A stretch of 64,000 nt of DNA from an uncultured Alphaproteobacteria bacterium (GTDB lineage Bacteria; Pseudomonadota; Alphaproteobacteria; HIMB59; GCA-002718135): assembly GCA_902584805.1 (NCBI GenBank), contig CACIBE010000002.1, positions 67,409 to 131,408 of the forward strand. Direction: 5' to 3'. Positions 47,293 through 56,110 of the stretch are shown here, one piece after another (position 1 is the stretch's first letter; the number at the start of each line of letters is the position of its first letter). A program made the translations under genes and the position numbers. The notes beneath the pieces are model-generated. The model was not told the DNA's origin, made no database searches, and saw only the letters and a program-made list of their open reading frames with translations.

Positions 47293-48378
47293 GTGGTAAA
47301 AAAAATAGCAATTTTAACAAGCGGTGGAGATTGCGCAGGTTTAAATGCAGTAATTAGAGCTGTTACCTTGAGAGCACATAATAAGTACAATTGGGAAGTT
47401 TATGGAATTAAAGATGGAACATTAGGTCTGTTGAAAGAACCACTGGACGTTATCAGATTAGATCCTCAAAATTTTGAGGGTAGCTTAATGAGAATGGGTG
47501 GAACTTTTTTGGGATCAAATAACAAAGGCAACCCTTTTAAAAAAATTATAAGGAATGGAAAAAAAATAGACTCATCTGATTTGGTTATAGAAGGTTTTAA
47601 AAAATTAGGAATAGATGCACTAATAGGTATTGGCGGAGATGGAAGTTTAAAAATCCTACAAAGTATAACAAAAAAAGGAAATATAAATTTTGTGGGTATT
47701 CCAAAGACTATAGACAATGATGTAAAGCATAATGAGCTTTCTATAGGATATGATACTGCAGTTGATGTAGCAACAAATGCATTAGATATGCTTCAACCAA
47801 CAGCTGCTAGCCACAGAAGAGTAATGATTTTAGAAGTAATGGGCAGAGATGCAGGTCACATTGCTTTGAATGCAGGAATAGCTGGAGGAGCAGATGTTAT
47901 TTTGATTCCGGAGATACAATATTCTATAAAATCTATTGCTGACCATATTGAGAAACTTAGATCTAAAGGAAGAAATCATGCATTAATTGTTGTTGCAGAA
48001 GCTGTAAAAAAAGAAAACGGTAAAAAAGCTACAGTGAAATATGTTGATGGAGAAGTGCGCCTTGGAGGAATTGGAAATTATCTTGGTGATGAAATCTATA
48101 AAATAACAGACTCTGAAACAAGAGTTACAGTTCTAGGGCATGTTCAAAGAGGTGCTCAACCAACTCATAGAGATCGTTTAATTGCAAGTGCCTTTGGGGT
48201 TTATGCAGTTGATTTAATTGCAAAGAAAAAATTTAATAGAGTAGTTGTATGGAAAGACAGAGGAGTACAAGATTTGATGCTTAGTCAAGTTGCTGGATAT
48301 TCAAAAACTGTTCAAAAAAATGATCCATTAATTAAAGTAGCTGAAGGTCTTGGTATTTATATTGGTGAACTAAATTAG
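47293..48378 (+). CDS. pfk: 6-phosphofructokinase (phosphoryl donor uncertain)
   Basis: IAILTSGGDCAGLNAVIRAV, GIGGDGS, GIPKTIDND, MGRDAGHIAL. GTG start. Confidence 0.9.
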   Translation: MVKKIAILTSGGDCAGLNAVIRAVTLRAHNKYNWEVYGIKDGTLGLLKEPLDVIRLDPQNFEGSLMRMGGTFLGSNNKGNPFKKIIRNGKKIDSSDLVIEGFKKLGIDALIGIGGDGSLKILQSITKKGNINFVGIPKTIDNDVKHNELSIGYDTAVDVATNALDMLQPTAASHRRVMILEVMGRDAGHIALNAGIAGGADVILIPEIQYSIKSIADHIEKLRSKGRNHALIVVAEAVKKENGKKATVKYVDGEVRLGGIGNYLGDEIYKITDSETRVTVLGHVQRGAQPTHRDRLIASAFGVYAVDLIAKKKFNRVVVWKDRGVQDLMLSQVAGYSKTVQKNDPLIKVAEGLGIYIGELN

Positions 48379-49133
48379 AAATTTCCTAATTTTTTCCAAA
48401 TAAATGCATAAATTTTTAAAGGTAAATATCTCATTATTTTTAAAGAAAAAACGAAAATAAAAGGAAAATATATTTCAAATTTGTATTTACCAGTTAATCC
48501 TTCAAAGATTTTTTTTGCAGCATAACTTGCAGGTTTTAAAAAAGGCATTTTAAAAGAATTTAACTTTGTTGACTCAGTATCTATGAAACCTGGATTAATG
48601 ACTGAAATTTTTATATTTAATTTTTTAAAATCAAAATATAAACTCTCTACTAAATTTAGTTGTGCTGCTTTGGTCATACCATAAGCACCTGCTGTTGGCA
48701 TCCCTCTGTATCCAACTGGTGAAGAAACTATAGATATTAAATTATCTCTACCCTTCATATAATTTTTCAAAACATCTATGCAATTTATAGTTCCATTTAA
48801 ATTAACATCTATTAATAAATTGTAATTATTTATATCAAATTCTTGATTCTTGTTGGGTGAGTACGCAGTTGCATTTAGAAGAGCAATATTAATTTTTGAT
48901 ATTTCGTTTTCTATGTAGGCAATCGTACTATCAACTTCTTTGTATTTACTTACGTCACAAGCTTTATAGTAAATTTCTTTTTTGCTTGTTACATTTTTTA
49001 ATTTTTCGACGGCTTTTTTTAATTTGTCTTCATTTCTTGAAGAAATTATAACCCTCCAATTTTCTTCTAAGAATTTTTGTGCAACAGCAAAGCCAATTCC
49101 AGAAGATCCACCAGTAATCCAAATAGTTTGCAA
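48375..49133 (-). CDS. Short-chain dehydrogenase/reductase (SDR)
   Basis: TGGSSGIG cofactor motif, catalytic YGMTKAA (YxxxK), and a hydrophobic C-terminal tail. Confidence 0.8.
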   Translation of the reverse strand: MQTIWITGGSSGIGFAVAQKFLEENWRVIISSRNEDKLKKAVEKLKNVTSKKEIYYKACDVSKYKEVDSTIAYIENEISKINIALLNATAYSPNKNQEFDINNYNLLIDVNLNGTINCIDVLKNYMKGRDNLISIVSSPVGYRGMPTAGAYGMTKAAQLNLVESLYFDFKKLNIKISVINPGFIDTESTKLNSFKMPFLKPASYAAKKIFEGLTGKYKFEIYFPFIFVFSLKIMRYLPLKIYAFIWKKLGNF

Positions 49134-49817
49134 CTATTGACCCCAATCATTACGAATTATTGTTATAATATTTTTTTTATCATTAGGATTTTTGAATTCC
49201 ATTTTCATGAGCTCTTTTTCAAAATACCAAAGTGTATACTCAGGGAATGGCCCTTTATCTTTTGGATTTTTTGATGCATTGAAAACATACTTATTAGCTA
49301 ATATTTCAATGTCATTGATTTTTATTTTTTCATCTTCAAGTTGCTTTACTTTTATAGTTCTTACAATACCTTTTTGAGTGTCAAATACTTCTTTCTCATT
49401 TAACATTTCAATATTCCAATAATTTAATGGTACTATATTTTTATCTAATTTTAATTCTCCATCCATACCACTAGCAATAAAAAAATTGTCTTCATCATTT
49501 CCAATTATTTTATACTCTCGATCATCTTCAAAATCTGTAAATCCATCTATTGATACAAATTCACCATTTGTCCAAGTTTCTTTTGTTTCTTGGAAAAATT
49601 TGTATGCTGGAATAAATAAAACCTTCACATTTATCTTTAAGACTGAATGTACAACAATACTATCTTCATTTTCTATAAATTTCGAAATTAAGCTACCAAT
49701 ATTTTTCTTTTTTCTAATAACATCATAACTTACCTCATTATCTTCTGGTATTGGAAATGGCTGACTAAAAACACTAAAAGAAAAAAGAGATAAACAAATT
49801 ATAAAGATATATTTCAC
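49134..49817 (-). CDS. Secreted hypothetical protein (beta-rich; possibly DUF3108/DUF6134-like)
   Basis: Signal peptide MKYIFIICLSLFSFSVFS. No catalytic motif recognised. It lies between two SDR genes, with a 4-nt overlap upstream and no gap downstream. Confidence 0.4.
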   Translation of the reverse strand: MKYIFIICLSLFSFSVFSQPFPIPEDNEVSYDVIRKKKNIGSLISKFIENEDSIVVHSVLKINVKVLFIPAYKFFQETKETWTNGEFVSIDGFTDFEDDREYKIIGNDEDNFFIASGMDGELKLDKNIVPLNYWNIEMLNEKEVFDTQKGIVRTIKVKQLEDEKIKINDIEILANKYVFNASKNPKDKGPFPEYTLWYFEKELMKMEFKNPNDKKNIITIIRNDWGQ

Positions 49818-50539
49818 GATTTAATTCTTAATGTTGATCTTCCTCCATCTATATGAAATATTTGTCCAGTAATCCAACTATTTTTATCACTTAATAGAAA
49901 ACTTCCTATGTCAGAGAAATCATCACCAGATCCTATTTTAGGCAGAGGATGCATATTTTCAATTGCTTTCTTAATAGTTTCATTATTAAGTAACTTTTGT
50001 GTCATTTTTGCGTCAGTTAAACTAGGCGCTATACAATTTACTCTAATTTTTGGAGCAAATTCTGCAGCTAAGCTCAAAGTAAGACCTTCAATGGCACCTT
50101 TTGCGGTCGAGACTACTGTGTGATTAGTAAAACCTTGTTTTACGGCAATAGTTGAATAAAGTAGAATACTACCATTATTTTTAGCTAGAGTTTCTTGATT
50201 AAACTTAATTGCATTTATGGCACTAAGTGTATTTATTTTAAAAGAATCAATAAAATCTTCATCTTTAGTCATTTTAAGAGGCTTTAAATTTATAGAACCA
50301 ACACAAAAAGCAATACCACATAACCGATCTTTGTATTCTTCCGAAATACTTTTAACTTTATCAAAATCTAAAACATCACAAACTTTATATTTGCAACCAA
50401 TTTCCTCAGATAATTGTTTTAATTCTGTCTCATTTCTAGAAATAATTATTGGATCATAGTTATTGCTCTTTAGTTTTTTTGACAAAGATTTTCCAATAGA
50501 ACCCGTTCCCCCAAAGACAAATATATTTTTGTTAGACAT
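49814..50539 (-). CDS. Short-chain dehydrogenase/reductase (SDR, FabG-like)
   Basis: GGTGSIG cofactor motif, STAKGAIEGL region with YxxxK replaced by a variant (VVSTAKGA), and the C-terminal ITGQIFHIDGG typical of classical SDRs. Confidence 0.75.
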   Translation of the reverse strand: MSNKNIFVFGGTGSIGKSLSKKLKSNNYDPIIISRNETELKQLSEEIGCKYKVCDVLDFDKVKSISEEYKDRLCGIAFCVGSINLKPLKMTKDEDFIDSFKINTLSAINAIKFNQETLAKNNGSILLYSTIAVKQGFTNHTVVSTAKGAIEGLTLSLAAEFAPKIRVNCIAPSLTDAKMTQKLLNNETIKKAIENMHPLPKIGSGDDFSDIGSFLLSDKNSWITGQIFHIDGGRSTLRIKS

Positions 50540-51587
50540 CTTTTACCTTTCTAATTTTAATTTGATGATAACTAATTAATAAAGTTGATAATAGCAAAAT
50601 TGAATTAGTTTGATGTAAACTTGCGACTGGTAAGTAAACATTACTTAAAAGAGTTATAATACCTAATATTACTTGTAACGTTAGAAAGAATAAAACTAAA
50701 TATACAAAAGTACTAGATATATTTTTATTATCAAATTTAATAAATTTAAAACAAACAAAAAGGATATAAAAAAAAACAAATATTGATAACCAACGGTGGT
50801 TAAAATTTATTGCAACTGTATTTTCAAAAATATTATAAATACCTAAATCATCAATAACGTAATCATCAGGTATAATTTTTCCATTCATTAGTGGAAAAGT
50901 ATTAAAAGATTGTCCAGAGTTTGTTCCTGCCATAAATCCACCTGTTGCAATTGTGATAAATATTAAGATTACAGCAACTAAAATATAAAATTCAATTGTC
51001 TTTGGATTAGATAAAAAACTTATATTAGAAGAATACCTGTAATCCATTGCTATCCATAATAGTATAGAGAAAATTATAAGTGCATTTAAGAGATGAAAAG
51101 TAAGTCTATAAGGGCTTACGTAAGGATTTTCAGTCAAACCACTCTTTACCATCCACCATCCAATAACTGCTTGAAACAAACCAAACACAAAGACAATACC
51201 AAGCCTTATATACAGTGATGCTTGAATTTGCTTTTTAAAACTAAAATAAATTAATGGTATTAAAAAGACAACTCCTATGGCTCTTGCAAATATTCTATGA
51301 AACCACTCCCACCAAAAAATATATTTAAATTCATTTAACGTCATATTTTTGTTAACTATTTTATATTCTGGTGTTTGTTTATACATTTCAAATACAACCA
51401 ACCAACTTTCTATACTCAGTGGAGGAATTACACCTAAAATTGGACGCCAGTCAGTCATAGAAAGTCCAGAGTCGGTTAATCTTGTTAAACCTCCTATTAC
51501 TATAATTAATAAAACCATTGCGGTTATTGTTAATAGCCATATATAAATCGCAGGATTATAATATTTCAATGTATTAGTGTAATTCAT
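50532..51587 (-). CDS. ctaA: Heme A synthase (COX15/CtaA family)
   Basis: GGLTRLTDSGLSMTDWRPILGVIPP, YKQTPEY, WEWFHR, and 8 TM helices with conserved His residues. Confidence 0.9.
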   Translation of the reverse strand: MNYTNTLKYYNPAIYIWLLTITAMVLLIIVIGGLTRLTDSGLSMTDWRPILGVIPPLSIESWLVVFEMYKQTPEYKIVNKNMTLNEFKYIFWWEWFHRIFARAIGVVFLIPLIYFSFKKQIQASLYIRLGIVFVFGLFQAVIGWWMVKSGLTENPYVSPYRLTFHLLNALIIFSILLWIAMDYRYSSNISFLSNPKTIEFYILVAVILIFITIATGGFMAGTNSGQSFNTFPLMNGKIIPDDYVIDDLGIYNIFENTVAINFNHRWLSIFVFFYILFVCFKFIKFDNKNISSTFVYLVLFFLTLQVILGIITLLSNVYLPVASLHQTNSILLLSTLLISYHQIKIRKVKDV

Positions 51588-51640
51588 TCAGAGTATATAT
51601 AATCCCTAGAAATAATAAAAAAAGTTGTTATTTTTTAGAT

Positions 51641-52651
51641 ATGACAGAAAAAACTGATGTAGTAATCATAGGTGCGGGCCCGGTAGGCTTATTTGCAGTA
51701 TTTGAACTAGGTCTTTTAAATATAAAATGTCATTTAGTTGATAATTTAGATAAAGTTGGAGGTCAGTGTGCTGAATTGTACCCAGAAAAACCAATTTATG
51801 ATATTCCCTCAAGACCAGTTGTAACAGGGCAAGAATTAACTGACGAGTTAATTAAACAGATAAACCCATTTAAACCTAAATTTCATCTCAACCAACAAGT
51901 CGAGAAAATTGCTAAAACAGAATATGGTTGGATTGTAGAAACTAATATTGGAACAAAAGTTGAAGCAAAATGTATAGTAGTGGCAGCAGGGGCAGGAAGT
52001 TTTGTACCCAGAAAACCTCCAATTGAGAATATTGAGAATTTCGAAAACAAAAATGTTTTTTACGCAATTCGAGACAAATCAATATTTAAGAATAAAAAAA
52101 TCTTAATTGCAGGAGGAGGAGACTCTGCTTTGGATTGGACAAATGAACTATCTAAGGACTCCAATGTAACTCTAATACATAGAAGAAAAGAGTTTAGGGC
52201 AGCACCTGATTCTGTCTCAAAAATGCAAGAATTAGAAACAAAAGGAAAAATTAAATTTTTAACGGGCCAAATAAAAAAGATTTCTAAAATTCAAGATACT
52301 AGAATAATGCTAGAATACGAAAATGATGATGAAAAATCCAATATTGAAGTTGATTATCTTTTACCATTTTTTGGTTTAAAAATGGAACTAGGTCCAATTG
52401 CGGAATGGGGTTTAAACTTACACGAGAACTTAATTAAAGTGGATACTGAAAAATTTCAAACTTCTACACCTTCAATTTTTGCGATAGGTGACATAAATTG
52501 GTACCCAGGAAAACTTAAGCTTATTCTATCAGGATTTCACGAGTCTGCCTTAATGGCTCAAGAAGTATTTAAGTATTGCTTTCCTGATAAGAAAAACATT
52601 TTTAGATACACAACATCTTCTAAAGAACTTCAAAAAAAACTAGGCGTTTAA
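51641..52651 (+). CDS. Ferredoxin--NADP(+) reductase, thioredoxin-reductase-like type
   Basis: DVVIIGAGPVGLFA, GGQCAELYPEKPIYDIP, second dinucleotide fold IAGGGDSALDW. Length 336 aa. Confidence 0.8.
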   Translation: MTEKTDVVIIGAGPVGLFAVFELGLLNIKCHLVDNLDKVGGQCAELYPEKPIYDIPSRPVVTGQELTDELIKQINPFKPKFHLNQQVEKIAKTEYGWIVETNIGTKVEAKCIVVAAGAGSFVPRKPPIENIENFENKNVFYAIRDKSIFKNKKILIAGGGDSALDWTNELSKDSNVTLIHRRKEFRAAPDSVSKMQELETKGKIKFLTGQIKKISKIQDTRIMLEYENDDEKSNIEVDYLLPFFGLKMELGPIAEWGLNLHENLIKVDTEKFQTSTPSIFAIGDINWYPGKLKLILSGFHESALMAQEVFKYCFPDKKNIFRYTTSSKELQKKLGV

Positions 52652-52962
52652 TGCCAAAGTTAATAATCACAGATAGATCAGGTAAAAAGTCTGAAATTGA
52701 ATATGATAATAATTTTACCTTAATGGAAACCCTTAGAGACAATGGCTACGATATTGAAGCTTCCTGTGGAGGATGTTGTGCTTGTGCTACCTGTCATGTT
52801 TATATTGATGAAAAATGGATAAATAAGTTGAAAAATATGGATGATGATGAAGAATCTATGCTAGATCAAGCTTTTGATGTTAAAAATAATTCCAGATTAT
52901 CATGTCAAATTGACCTTTCTGAAGATTTTGATGGGTTAGAGATAGAAATTGCACCAGAATAG
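52651..52962 (+). CDS. fdx: [2Fe-2S] ferredoxin, adrenodoxin/putidaredoxin type
   Basis: Cys ligand pattern CGGCCACATCHV ... LSCQI. 103 aa. One-nt TAATG overlap with the reductase gene. Confidence 0.85.
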   Translation: MPKLIITDRSGKKSEIEYDNNFTLMETLRDNGYDIEASCGGCCACATCHVYIDEKWINKLKNMDDDEESMLDQAFDVKNNSRLSCQIDLSEDFDGLEIEIAPE

Positions 52963-52986
52963 TATTGACATAAACTATTAATTTGC

Positions 52987-53003
52987 ATACAAACAGTTTG
53001 TAT
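52987..53003. promoter_or_regulatory. Inverted repeat ATACAAAC-A-GTTTGTAT upstream of marR (candidate MarR autoregulatory operator). TTGACA at 52965-52970 is a possible -35.
   Basis: Perfect 8+1+8 palindrome ending 7 nt before the marR ATG. TTGACA lies 17 nt upstream of a weak TACAAA -10 that overlaps the left half-site. Confidence 0.45.
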
Positions 53004-53010
53004 AAAAACT

Positions 53011-53472
53011 ATGGCAGACACTTCTCTTAATGAGAATAGATTAGCATTATTAATTTGGCAAACATCAAATTTATGGCAATCTAAAGTAAGGCATAAATTA
53101 AAAGAGAGTGAAATTACATTAAATGAATATCTTATTCTCGAGACAATTTATTTATTAAAACAAGAAAACATAAATATTACTCAACAGGATATATGTAAAA
53201 ATGCATCTATTGATAGATCAGTTGTTAGTTTACGAGTTTCTAAACTAGAAGAAAAGAAATTAATATCAAAACAACAACCACAAGATAAAAGATCAGATAG
53301 TTTAATTCTAACTACAGCAGGGAATGATTTAATTTATAATATCATTGATAATATTATTGAACTAGAAAATGAATTATTTAATAAATTAGGATCTGAAATT
53401 TTTAATTTCACAAATTCATTAAAGTTGTTATTGGGTAAAAAAATTAGAATTAGAGCAAAATTAAATGATTGA
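53011..53472 (+). CDS. MarR-family transcriptional regulator
   Basis: 153 aa. Winged-helix region ITQQDICKNASIDRSVVSLRVSKLEEKKLISKQQPQDKRSDSLILT is typical of MarR. Confidence 0.75.
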   Translation: MADTSLNENRLALLIWQTSNLWQSKVRHKLKESEITLNEYLILETIYLLKQENINITQQDICKNASIDRSVVSLRVSKLEEKKLISKQQPQDKRSDSLILTTAGNDLIYNIIDNIIELENELFNKLGSEIFNFTNSLKLLLGKKIRIRAKLND

Positions 53473-55048
53473 TCAAGAATTAGTACAAAACTTAAAAGCT
53501 TGGCCTTTTAAAGAAGCATTACAAATCATTAAAAAAAATGGAGGTTTACAAAATTTTAAGGTTCCATCAAAGGGATATGTATTACTAGAAACTGGTTATG
53601 GCCCCTCTGGTTTACCTCATATTGGAACTTTTGGTGAAGTTGTCAGAACATCAATGGTAAAAAATGCATTTAGCTCTATAGTTGATTGCCCAACAAAACT
53701 GATCACATTTTCTGATGATATGGATGGATTAAGAAAAGTTCCTGAAAACGTTCCAAATAAAGAAATGTTAGAAAAATATATAGGCAAGCCACTTACTTCC
53801 ATACCAGATCCATTTGATAAATTTGAAAGTTTTGGACATCATAATAATGCAAAACTTAGAAGTTTTTTAGATGAATTTAATTTCGACTATGAGTTTGTTA
53901 GCTCAACAGAAAAATATCAAAATGGAGATTTTAATGAAACAATTTTAAGTATATTTGAAAACTATTCAAAAATATTAAATATTATTCTACCTACCTTGAG
54001 AGCAGAGAGAAAAGAAACTTACAGTCCATTTCTCCCAATAAGTGAAAATTCAGGTGAAGTACTTCAGGTAAAAATTGAAGAATATAAAATGGATTCAAAA
54101 ACAATTATTTACAAAGATCCATCTTTAGACAAGTTAGTTGAAACAGAAGTAATTAATGGAAAATGTAAATTACAATGGAAAGTTGATTGGGCAATGAGAT
54201 GGATGTCTTTTGATGTTGACTACGAAATGTGCGGTAAAGATCTTACAGAAAGTGTTGATTTAGGATCCAAGATTTGTAGAGCATTAAATAAAAAACCACC
54301 AACTAATCTAATTTATGAAATGTTTTTGGATGAAAAAGGTGAAAAAATTTCTAAATCAGTTGGAAATGGTATTAGTGTGGATGAGTGGCTGCGTTATGCA
54401 TCTCCTGAAAGTCTCGCACTCTATATGTTCCAAAAACCAAAATCAGCAAAGAAACTTCACTTTGATGTTATTCCTAAAACTGTAGATGATTATCTTTCTC
54501 ATTATAATTCATACTCTAGTTTAGATAAAAATAAACAGTATGATAACCCTATTTGGCATATTCATTCAGGAAAACCAAAGGAATTTAAATCAGAAATAAA
54601 TTTTAATACCCTAACTAACCTAGTTAATGTTTCTAATTCTAAAGATAAAAAAGTTATATGGTCTTTTATTAACAAATATGATGATAAAATTAATGCTGAA
54701 AATAATCCTGAATTTGACCGTCTAATAGACTTTGCACTAAATTTCTATGAAGATTTTATTTTACCTAAAAAGAAATTTTTAGAGATTGATAGTAGTAATA
54801 AAGAAGTATTTATTGATATTATTAATGTTTTAGAAAATGATGTTACTGAAAACAGTTCATCTGAAGATATTCAAACATTATTGTACGAAGTAGGAAAAAA
54901 GTACAAATTTGAAAACTTAAAAGATTTTTTTAAACTAGTATATCAAGTTATGCTTGGTCAGGATCAAGGACCTAGACTAGGATCATTTTTTAAATTATTT
55001 GGTTTAAGAGAAACTATTGATTATCTAAAAAAATTAATAGATAATTAA
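53465..55048 (+). CDS. lysK: Lysine--tRNA ligase, class I
   Basis: Class I signatures GYGPSGLPHIGTFGE (HIGH-type) and KISKSVGNG (KMSKS-type). 527 aa. Overlaps the marR stop by 8 nt. Confidence 0.9.
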   Translation: MIDQELVQNLKAWPFKEALQIIKKNGGLQNFKVPSKGYVLLETGYGPSGLPHIGTFGEVVRTSMVKNAFSSIVDCPTKLITFSDDMDGLRKVPENVPNKEMLEKYIGKPLTSIPDPFDKFESFGHHNNAKLRSFLDEFNFDYEFVSSTEKYQNGDFNETILSIFENYSKILNIILPTLRAERKETYSPFLPISENSGEVLQVKIEEYKMDSKTIIYKDPSLDKLVETEVINGKCKLQWKVDWAMRWMSFDVDYEMCGKDLTESVDLGSKICRALNKKPPTNLIYEMFLDEKGEKISKSVGNGISVDEWLRYASPESLALYMFQKPKSAKKLHFDVIPKTVDDYLSHYNSYSSLDKNKQYDNPIWHIHSGKPKEFKSEINFNTLTNLVNVSNSKDKKVIWSFINKYDDKINAENNPEFDRLIDFALNFYEDFILPKKKFLEIDSSNKEVFIDIINVLENDVTENSSSEDIQTLLYEVGKKYKFENLKDFFKLVYQVMLGQDQGPRLGSFFKLFGLRETIDYLKKLIDN

Positions 55049-55052
55049 TTTA

Positions 55053-56108
55053 TTGTACAATAGTTCATTAAAAATATTAAGATTATTACCTCCTGAGTTA
55101 TCTCATACTATTACAATTAATTTTTTAAAATATTTTAAAGTAAGACAAAAAAATATTGAGGATCCTATTCTTGCACAACATCTAATGGGTTTAGATTTTG
55201 CAAATCCTATAGGACTTGCTGCTGGTTTTGATAAAAATGCTGAAGTGATGCATTCCATGTTCTCATTTGGTTTTGGATTTATTGAAGTTGGCACAATTAC
55301 CCCACAACCTCAAAGTGGTAATACGAAACCTAGAGTATTTAGATTAATTGAAGATAAAGCCATTATTAATAGTTTAGGCTTTAATAATAAGGGTATAAAA
55401 AAAGTGAAAAAAAATTTGATTAAACACCAAAAATCATACTTAAATAATAAAATTGTTGGAGTTAATATTGGAAAAAATAAAAATTCAATTGAAGCTATTG
55501 ACGATTATCTAAAAGGTTTAGAAGAGTTAGGCGATTTGGCAAGCTATATTACTATAAATATATCTTCACCAAATACTGAAGGGTTGAGAGATCTACAATT
55601 GAGAGGAAAGATAGAAAAATTAATTAAAAAAATTATAGATAAAAGAGATGAAATAAAAAATATTAATACCAAGCCAATATTAATTAAAATTTCACCTGAT
55701 TTAAATGAAGATCAACTAAGAGATTTAGCTTTAATTTCTTTAGCTAACAATATAGATGGATTGATACTGACAAATAGCACTATAAAAAGAGAGAGCAATT
55801 TAATTTCTATAAACAAAGGAAAAAAAGGAGGTTTAAGTGGCAAACCTCTTTACAATAACTCAAATATAATTTTAAAAAAAATGTATGATTTAACAAATGG
55901 TCAAATACCATTAATAGGAGTGGGTGGTATATCAAGTGGAAAGGACTGTTATGAAAAAATTAAATCCGGTGCCTCCTTAGTTCAACTATATACAGCTTTA
56001 GTTTATTCTGGTCCAAATTTAATCAATAGAATGAAAGGTGACTTGATTGACCTTATCAAAACTGATGGGTATAAAAATTTATCTGAAGTTATTGGAAAAT
56101 CAGTATAG
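55053..56108 (+). CDS. pyrD: Dihydroorotate dehydrogenase (quinone), class 2
   Basis: NPIGLAAGFDKNAE, GFIEVGTITP, NISSPNT, GLSGKPL, IGVGGI. TTG start. Confidence 0.9.
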   Translation: MYNSSLKILRLLPPELSHTITINFLKYFKVRQKNIEDPILAQHLMGLDFANPIGLAAGFDKNAEVMHSMFSFGFGFIEVGTITPQPQSGNTKPRVFRLIEDKAIINSLGFNNKGIKKVKKNLIKHQKSYLNNKIVGVNIGKNKNSIEAIDDYLKGLEELGDLASYITINISSPNTEGLRDLQLRGKIEKLIKKIIDKRDEIKNINTKPILIKISPDLNEDQLRDLALISLANNIDGLILTNSTIKRESNLISINKGKKGGLSGKPLYNNSNIILKKMYDLTNGQIPLIGVGGISSGKDCYEKIKSGASLVQLYTALVYSGPNLINRMKGDLIDLIKTDGYKNLSEVIGKSV

Positions 56109-56110
56109 TA

